Source of the DNA: Octopus sinensis
Taxonomy: Eukaryota
Length of the DNA: 5,892 nt
Direction: 5' to 3'
NCBI RefSeq assembly: GCF_006345805.1
Contig: NW_021829724.1
Location: 1 to 5,892 of the forward strand
Shown: positions 1 through 5,633 of the stretch, one piece after another
How the letters are laid out: every line of letters begins with the position of its first letter
How positions within the stretch are numbered: the stretch's first letter is position 1
The notes under the pieces: model-generated
Told to the model about the DNA's origin: nothing
Seen by the model: only the letters and a program-made list of their open reading frames with translations
Databases searched by the model: none
Made by a program: the position numbers and the translations under genes

Positions 1-69
1 TATATATATATATATAATATATATATATAATATATATATATATATAGATATATATATATTATATATATA
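1..69. repeat. (TA)n microsatellite, imperfect, runs off the window start
   Basis: Near-continuous TA dinucleotides with a few interruptions. Confidence 0.97.
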
Positions 70-214
70 GTTACCTCGAGAGGAACGTAGGTCGTTCCTT
101 ACGTCTACCGTGATTCGTGGACATATTCATTCGGAGAATATAAATGAGGGAAACTTGGTTTAATCGTGGATTCTATTCCAAAGGAACAGAAATATAATGA
201 TGTCAGTATGATGC

Positions 215-615
215 CTTGTCGAACAATACAAAGAATCCTCGACCATCGCAGGATAGTCCAGAGTCCCTTGCACTGGCAGAACGTTAGCATTCTTCCTGCA
301 AGGAGACTGTAATAAGAGAAAAAAAGATGTTGAATAGTTAAAAGGAAAATGCTTGTCTCAGTGACTTTGGGTTGTATAACTTGATGCAAACATACGACAA
401 ATATATCAAGTTTTGTCGGTGGTCCTCATCAATGACTTCACGAATTTTTTCCTCCATTTTCTAGAGTTTTTCGTCGCCCTGAACACTGATAAGCTTGAAT
501 CAGCTTTGGAAAGGCCGCGAGACCTAAGGACTCAGAATAAATGTATGAGAAAGCATTATCGGGGCCTCGTAAGTCAATTTGTTTCATACAAAATTTGGTC
601 CAGACATATCCCTCG
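215..615 (-). mobile_element. Heavily degraded mariner-like transposase remnant (N-terminal HTH region plus a short catalytic-domain piece)
   Basis: Minus-strand translation across frameshifts gives mariner-like motifs in the expected order. These are EGYVWTKFCMK (cf. EQRxCIKFCVK), GPDNAFS (cf. GDNALS), SGRRKTLEN then EKIREVIDEDHRQ (cf. SGRPxT..ENVEKVRELIxEDRR) and AGRMLTFCQCKG/LDY..LYCS (cf. AGKVMLTVFWDCKG..DY..YYCS). Matches are by eye and contain deletions and stops. Confidence 0.45.
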
Positions 616-836
616 AATATGTCGCTCACCGTAAAACCATTACAAAACCGAATAATTGAACAGGAGTAGACGACATGATTTGTATAATGTGTAGCTGGCT
701 ACCAATGAGCTTCAGCTACACATCTGTTTCCGTTAAACGATACAAACACTACATAAGGAGCCCTGAAACTATTTGGTAAAACCTTCTTCATTATATATAC
801 ACGCTGTAAATAATAAATATCTATACTATAATGGTG

Positions 837-1278
837 AAATCCGCCGGCCCAATGGTTTCCCTTTATGGTAGAATTAATAGTCAAGATTATTTAAGCATTT
901 TATCTGATAAAATTCATCCTATGGTTGCGGAACATACAGGATGATAATGCACCGATTGACACAGCTAATGTTGTTACTGAATGGTACGAGGAACATTCTA
1001 ATGAAGTTGAACGTCTTATCTGGCCACCACAGTCCCCAAATCTCCATATTGAACATTTAGGGTGCGTTTTAGAAAAACAAGTAAGGAGTCGATATATCCT
1101 CCACCATCATCACTACAAGAACTGGAGACCTGTTTTAGCTGAAGAATGGACAAAAATTCCTTTGGAAACAATTCAAATTTTGTACAAATCCATATCTCGT
1201 AGAATTCAAGCTGTAATTACTGCCAAGGGCGGTCCTACCCCATATTAAAAAATTTGCTTGAAATTTTAAGGTGTTTCT
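837..1278 (+). mobile_element. Tc1-like DNA transposon, 3' fragment (DDE_3-type transposase C-terminal half, pseudogenised)
   Basis: 837-932 reads KSAGPMVSLYGRINSQDYLSILSDKIHPMVAE. After a frameshifting deletion near 933, 937-1248 reads QDDNAPIDTA...WPPQSPNLHIEHL...LAEEWTKIPLETIQILYKSISRRIQAVITAKGGPTPY*. These match the Tc1 motifs QxDNAPxH, WPxQSPDLNxIEHLW and the terminal AxGGxTxY. The first catalytic D and the HTH are absent. The sequence runs into a (TA)n tract about 30 nt after the stop, with no complete terminal inverted repeat. Confidence 0.92.
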
Positions 1279-1279
1279 C

Positions 1280-1282
1280 TAT

Positions 1283-1316
<34 letters not shown>

Positions 1317-1359
1317 ATATATATATATATATCGAGAGAGAGAGAGAGAGAGAGAGAGA
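1280..1359. repeat. Compound microsatellite (TA)n(GA)n
   Basis: TA run at 1280-1332 followed by a pure GA run at 1334-1359. Confidence 0.97.
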
Positions 1360-1488
1360 TCGCTATGATAGATCGCTAGCCACTAAACTTTTTTATTTTC
1401 TCTCCCTGTTCATTTCTGTGTTCATTTGTTTGTTGCTTACACACCCGTCTTCGTCTTTTGTTTGTTTGTTTTTTTTGTAAATTCTTAC
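1360..1488. repeat. Pyrimidine-rich segment, probably a fragment of an interspersed repeat of unknown class
   Basis: T/C-rich on + (TTTTCTCTCCCTGTT...CCCGTCTTCGTCTTTTGTTT) and bounded by microsatellites on both sides. It resembles a repeat recalled from octopus DNA but has no diagnostic motif here. Confidence 0.3.
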
Positions 1489-1524
<36 letters not shown>

Positions 1525-1541
1525 TACACACACACACACAC
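1489..1541. repeat. Compound microsatellite (TA)n(CA)n, forming the 3' tail of the adjacent minus-strand SINE
   Basis: TA at 1489-1510 and CA at 1511-1541, directly abutting the SINE 3' end. Confidence 0.95.
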
Positions 1542-1685
1542 CTCGGGCTCCTTTCCGTTTGCGTCTATGAAATCCACTCACAAGGGTTTTGCTCAACATG
1601 AGGCTGTTGTAGAAGACACTTGCCCAAGGTGTCATACAGTGGGACTGAACTGTAGTTGGGAAGCAAGCTTCTTACCACACAGCCA
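1542..1685 (-). mobile_element. tRNA-derived SINE (family 1) with slightly truncated head
   Basis: On the minus strand: A-box-like TGGCTGTGTGGT (1685-1674) and B-box-like GTTCAGTCC (1650-1642). These are followed by CACCTTGGGCAAGTGTC, similar to the CCTTGGGCAAGT motif at the head/core boundary of MIR/CORE-type SINEs, then a 3' body ending in the (TG)n(TA)n tail. Confidence 0.8.
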
Positions 1686-1711
1686 AAATGACCCAGCTGG
1701 GTCCGAACCAT

Positions 1712-2070
1712 CAGTTGCATCAGCTTCAACGCCTCAAGTTCTTTGGATTTATTCTTCATTGTCCGAGCGGTGTGAGGACTTACGTTACCTTTCTTCGGAA
1801 GAACTCGTTTGCTGTTGACCAATGCTGGTATTTTTGCTGCATAATGGCATAACTCCAGCTGTTCGGTGTACAGGTTGGCATTGACGGTAGGGATTGTCGG
1901 GAACGAATTCGTTGTGACTTATCTCCTAATAATCCCACCAGACACAGAGCATCGCCTTGTGTTCGAAACGTCGATGTTTGGCGACGAACATAAGTGTTTC
2001 TTTGTAACGTGACGAATATAGCGAATAGGCCACCAAAAATATTGCAAAACTTTTAACGCAACACAATATA
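1712..2070 (-). mobile_element. Internally deleted mariner (DD34D-type, Transposase_1-like) remnant with a probable 5' TIR
   Basis: Minus strand reads RFEHKAMLCVWWDY*EISHNEFVPDN / TVNANLYTEQLE / PALVNSKRVLPKKGNVSPHTARTMKNKSKELE (cf. mariner KVMLCVWW..GIIHYE...TVNA.LY.EQL...LVNRKRVLLQQDNARPH). It has a stop, frameshifts and G in place of the catalytic D. At 2070-2036, TATATTGTGTTGCGTTAAAAGTTTTGCAATATT resembles TA plus a mariner TIR. Confidence 0.85.
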
Positions 2071-2073
2071 TGA

Positions 2074-2074
2074 A

Positions 2075-2115
<41 letters not shown>

Positions 2116-2365
2116 TTTTTGTGTGTTTGCATGCATGTGTGTGTTTGTGTGTGTGCATATGTGTGTTTGTATGTTTGTGTGTGTTTGTGTTTATGTGTGT
2201 GCTTGTGTGTGTGCATGTATGTATGTGACTGTATGTGTATGTGTCTAGGCGCGTGTGTGTTTGTGTCCTTCTGTGTGAGCATATGTGTGTGTGTTTCTGT
2301 GTCTGCGTGTGTGTGTGTGTTTGTGTGAGTATTTTGTGTGTGTTTGTCTTATGTGTGTGTGCTCG

Positions 2366-2396
<31 letters not shown>

Positions 2397-2411
2397 GTGA
2401 GTGTGTGTGTG

Positions 2412-2474
<63 letters not shown>

Positions 2475-2490
2475 TGCGTGTGCGTGTGTC
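2074..2490. repeat. Complex (TG)n-rich microsatellite with an embedded (TA)n run
   Basis: Degenerate TG/TGTT/TATG units, a TA run at about 2366-2386 and a pure TG run at about 2413-2470. Confidence 0.97.
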
Positions 2491-2694
2491 GATGGAAAGG
2501 AGATAATTTATACAATCATGTGTATTAGAACCAATAGTAAGTATTTGAATAGGATTTTTTTTTTCCGGAACATCCCCTAACAGTTTTATGATGCCTGTAT
2601 AAAATAAATATCAGAGATTTTGAGTCGGCCATTTCTTTTCAATGTAAACGTTCATTTAAATAACAAACTAGCGCTCTCGAAATATATATTATGC

Positions 2695-2727
2695 AAAAAA
2701 AAAAAATATATATATATATATATATAT
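2695..2727. repeat. A12 homopolymer plus (TA)n
   Basis: A run at 2695-2706 followed by TA repeats. Confidence 0.9.
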
Positions 2728-2904
2728 TAATACACACATACTTTATATGCAAATAAAATATGTTTCTATACAAAGTATGATATTCATACACAATTATTAT
2801 GTAAAAATATATTTATACGCTTCAAAGCGACTTTTTCAATTTCAACAAATAAAATGAAAGCTCAGTAATCTTTACTCTGGAATTTGCTTATGTATACCTA
2901 AGTA

Positions 2905-3856
2905 GTTGTTTCAAATTTTACCTCAAGGCTAGCAATTTTGGTGGGAGGGGTAAGTCTATTAAATCGTCGCCAGTGCTCAACTGGTACTTATTTTATCGAC
3001 CCCGAAAGGATGAAAGGCAAAGTCGATCTGGACGGAATTTGAACTCAGAACGTAAAAACGGACGAAATACCTATTTCATTACTACCCACAAGGAGTCAAA
3101 CACAGAGAGGACAAACAAGGACAGACAAACGGATTAAGTCGATTTTATCGAAGCCAGTGCGTAACTGGTAATTATTTAATCGACCCCAAAAGGATGAAAA
3201 GCAAAGTCGACCTCGGCGGAATTTGAACTCAGAACGTAACAGCAGAAGAAATACCTATTTCTTTACTACTCACAAAGGGCTAGACACAGAGGGGACAAAC
3301 AAGGAGAGACAAACGGATTAAGTTGATTACATCGATCCCAGTCCGTAACTGATACTTATTTTATCGACCCCGAAAGGATGAAAGGCAAAGTCGATCTGGA
3401 CGGAATTTGAACTCAGAACGTAAAAACGGACGAAATACCTATTTCTTTACTACCCACAAGGAGTCAAACACAGAGAGGACAAACAAGGACAGACAAACGG
3501 ATTAAGTCGATTATATCGAAGCCAGTGCGTAACTGGTAATTATTTAATCGACCCCAAAAGGATGAAAAGCAAAGTCGACCTCGGCGGAATTTGAACTCAG
3601 AACGTAACAGCAGAAGAAATACCTATTTCTTTACTACTCACAAAGGGCTAGACACAGAGGGGACAAACAAGGACAGACAAACGGATTAAGTTGATCACAT
3701 CGATCCCAGTCCGTAACTGATACTTATTTTATCGACCCCGAAAGGATGAAAGGCAAAGTCGATCTGGACGGAATTTGAACTCAGAACGTAACGGCGGACG
3801 AAATACGACTAAGAATTTTGTCCGGCATGCTAACGATTCAGCTAGCTCGCCGCCTT
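2905..3856 (-). repeat. SINE-derived tandem array (family 2): 184-bp monomers with a 368-bp higher-order period, one tRNA-like head at the right end
   Basis: CGACCCC recurs at 2997, 3181, 3365, 3549 and 3733, and CCTATTTC at 3070, 3254, 3438 and 3622 (exact 184-bp spacing). Segments 2985-3352 and 3353-3720 differ at only 4 positions by my count, whereas adjacent monomers differ at about 25 of 184. The head has an A-box-like TAGCTGAATCG (3844-3834) and a B-box-like GAGTTCAAATTCC (3782-3770). Confidence 0.93.
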
Positions 3857-3863
3857 GTTAGAA

Positions 3864-4054
3864 TGGTTTCAAATTTTGGCACGAGGTCACCAATTTTGGG
3901 GGGAGGGGGAAGTCTATTAAATCGACCCCAGTGCTCAACTGGTACTTACCTTATCAACCCTGAAAGGAGGAAAATCAAAGTCGACTTTGGCAAAATTTGA
4001 ACGCCGAACGTAAAAACGGACGAAATGCCGCAAAGCATTTTGTCCGGCATGCTA
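3864..4054 (-). mobile_element. Family-2 SINE copy, 5'-truncated (no A-box), more diverged
   Basis: Colinear with the array body and with the partial head (TTTTGTCCGGCATGCTA shared with 3816-3832). It carries the same tail type as 2905-2984 (GTTTCAAATTTT...GGGAGGGG.AAGTCTATTAAATCG). Confidence 0.88.
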
Positions 4055-4096
4055 TAATATATGCTAGATGTAATATCTACGTAGAACACTATATAC

Positions 4097-4170
4097 CAAT
4101 GGTTCTGAACAATGTCCCATATGCACCACCCCCGGGCGGGGGCTGGGAATTTGGTGGAGGTGGGGGGCTA
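4097..4170 (+). mobile_element. Possible single end of a hAT-type non-autonomous DNA element
   Basis: CAATGGTTCTGAAC (4097-4110) is 2 mismatches from the Charlie/Buster-type terminus CAGTGGTTCTCAAC. It is preceded by the 8-mer CTATATAC, which fits the nnnTAnnn target pattern. No matching right end was found in the window. Confidence 0.3.
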
Positions 4171-4220
4171 GGAAGCAAAATAGAAAACTGGAGATCCACA
4201 TTGGCATCTTAAAATTTTGC

Positions 4221-4341
4221 CGATAGGTAAAAGTACCAGGTTTTAAAGTAAGTCATGGGGTCGATTTATTCGACTAAAACTTCAAGGCGGTACCCCAGAA
4301 TGGCCGCAGTCTAATGACTGAAACAGATATAAGATGAAAGA
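4221..4341 (+). mobile_element. Headless SINE 3' fragment sharing the family-2 central domain but with a third tail type
   Basis: AAGTACCAG...TGGGGTCGATTTATTCGACT matches the reverse complement of 3911-3947. It continues into an unrelated tail (CTTCAAGGCGGTACCCCAGAATGGCCGCAGTCTAATGACTGAAAC) ending in an A-rich AAGAT stretch. Confidence 0.7.
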
Positions 4342-4348
4342 TACAAGG

Positions 4349-4373
4349 TATATAAATATATATATATATATAT
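4349..4373. repeat. (TA)n microsatellite
   Basis: Short TA run with one interruption. Confidence 0.9.
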
Positions 4374-4385
4374 CTTAACAAAGTT

Positions 4386-4470
4386 TGTGTGTGCGTGCGC
4401 GCGTGCGTTGCGTGTGTGTGTGTGTGTATGTATGTGTGTGCGTATGTTGCACCTAATATGTGTGTGTGTT
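4386..4470. repeat. Imperfect (TG)n/(CG)-containing microsatellite
   Basis: Alternating purine-pyrimidine tract GTGTGTGCGTGCGCGCGTGCG...TGTGTG. Confidence 0.9.
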
Positions 4471-4499
4471 TACATTTGTTGTTAAATCGAGTATCGTTA

Positions 4500-4914
4500 A
4501 AGATTCTTCAGGCAGAGTTACCTCCCTTAGTTAAGACCTCAAAATTGTGCGACCTGACATATATGTCGGAACACAAAGTCGGTAACCGGCGAGTTTGCGA
4601 CGTTTTATTGCCACAAGGAGAGGTTTTAGTCTGCTGTCATATTTAACGATATACAGCCTGACAAAGGTGTTTGTCTTGTATTCTGCACACGAGATACGTA
4701 GAAGCCTGCCGATGTCTTTGTACTCAAGCTCTTGGAGTCTTCGTTCCCTGTCGTCTGTGAGTGTCCAGTTTTCGTACCTATGCAGGAAGATCAGTGTTGC
4801 AAGGGAGTTGTAGAATTTGGGCTTTGTGGGAAAACCAATAGAACATCTTTCCCACATGGTGCTCATTTTTGTCACAGGAAATGACACCTGGCCAAAAAAA
4901 CCATATTTCCTCAA
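4500..4914 (-). mobile_element. RTE-clade LINE fragment, ORF2 region C-terminal to the RT domain, degraded
   Basis: ORF 4531-4914 reads IGFPTKPKFYNSL...YENWTLT..RERRLQELEYK...LLRISC.EYKTNTFVR...PLLVAIKRRKLA...TIL. This aligns by eye with the RTE-type pattern FxTKxKLYxSLVxSILLYGCExWTL...ERRIQAFExK..RxLLRISYxEHKTNxxVR...PLLATVKRRKLxWFGH...TIL. The conserved YG and WFGH residues are lost. Confidence 0.75.
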
Positions 4915-4984
4915 CCTCGATTCACTAAAAGTTTATACTCTCGTCTGCGACAAGAAACGAAATATTTAATATATAAAATAATGG

Positions 4985-5620
4985 GATGTTGGGATAGTGG
5001 AATGCTGAAATAATGTAATAATTTAGTTATACAGTATTGGAATATTAATAAGACTATTGAATATAAGGAATTCAAGAATACTGAAATATTGGAATACAAC
5101 AATATTAATATATTGGAATAGTGAAAAAAAGTATGCTACAGGAATTCTGATACAATGAACAGAAATAATGTGACTCTGACATATTAGAATGCTAGAATAA
5201 AGGAATGGATGTATATTAGAAAACTGGAATAGTGAAATTGTTAAAAAAAAAGAAGAGGGGCTAATGGAACACTAAATTATTGGAATATTGGAATAATTGA
5301 ATAATGGAATTTATAAAGTACCAGAATCCTTTAAAATTGGAATATTGCATATAATAGATTTGTTTGGGTTACTTTAATGGCGAGAATAATGGAAAAAAAA
5401 ACTGGAATTCTAGAATACTGAACCAATGGAATGATGGAATACATTGGAATATTTTCATAGTGGATCTAATGGAATACAAGATTGTGAGATTGCTAGACTG
5501 GAATACAGTAACACTGTAATAATGGAATGTTAGGAATAATGAAATATAAGAAGAATGGTTTGTTGGAATTTATTGGAATATCGGAGAGTTAGATATGGTA
5601 GTTTGCAATATTGAAATTGT
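4985..5620 (+). repeat. Degenerate 8-bp-period low-complexity repeat, consensus about TGGAATAN
   Basis: About 22 GGAAT motifs in 5008-5580, with in-phase 8-bp runs at 5281/5289/5297/5305 and 5403/5411/5419/5427/5435. The + strand is strongly depleted of C. Confidence 0.75.
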
Positions 5621-5633
5621 AGAATATAGCACG

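Noticed and set aside
81-99. Hairpin AGGAACG-TAGGT-CGTTCCT
   Set aside because: A 7-bp stem with no U-tract or other context is expected by chance in a window this size.
273-289. CTGGCAGAACGTTAGCA, similar to the family-2 SINE head/A-box
   Set aside because: Only 17 nt, with no B-box or body following; it cannot be separated from chance or a tiny relic.
1690-1703. 14-bp perfect palindrome as a functional site
   Set aside because: Roughly 0.4 such palindromes are expected per 5.9 kb at uniform base composition; it is noted only as junction context.
1393-1822. ORFs 1393-1635, 1426-1818 and 1565-1822 as genes
   Set aside because: They are chance read-through across microsatellite, SINE and mariner pieces; 1565-1822 is a mariner-SINE chimera starting at a non-ATG codon.
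1919-2515. Long His/Thr- or Val/Cys-rich ORFs (1919-2515, 1926-2282, 2074-2328, 2235-2471, 2285-2506)
   Set aside because: They are translations of the (TG)n/(CA)n tract, which lacks stops by composition. Only the last about 20 codons of 1926-2282 are mariner-derived.
2537-2542. GTAAGT splice donor
   Set aside because: There is no credible upstream acceptor or coding segment; it follows a microsatellite.
2747-2754. Octamer motif ATGCAAAT
   Set aside because: A single AT-rich 8-mer in very AT-rich DNA with no promoter context.
2985-3806. CRISPR-like regular repeat pattern
   Set aside because: The whole 184-bp unit repeats, there are no unique spacers or cas genes, and the context is eukaryotic SINE-derived DNA.
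3770-3856. tRNA gene
   Set aside because: It has A/B-box-like motifs, but I could not fold a cloverleaf, and the sequence continues into SINE body, so it is treated as a SINE head.
2900-3864. Target-site duplication around the SINE array (TTGTT at 2906-2910 and 3855-3859)
   Set aside because: Only 5 bp, low complexity and overlapping the element ends.
3818-4212. ORFs 3818-4000 and 3997-4212 with operon-like overlap
   Set aside because: Both lie on the antisense strand of SINE copies, start at non-ATG codons and show no protein motif.
4389-5102. ORFs 4389-4646, 4595-4813 and 4911-5102
   Set aside because: They are a microsatellite start, the antisense of the RTE fragment and the reverse of the stop-poor octamer repeat, respectively.
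5403-5420. Heat-shock element (TTCTAGAA)
   Set aside because: There are only two correctly spaced inverted nGAAn units, and the other GAA motifs in the tract are head-to-tail.
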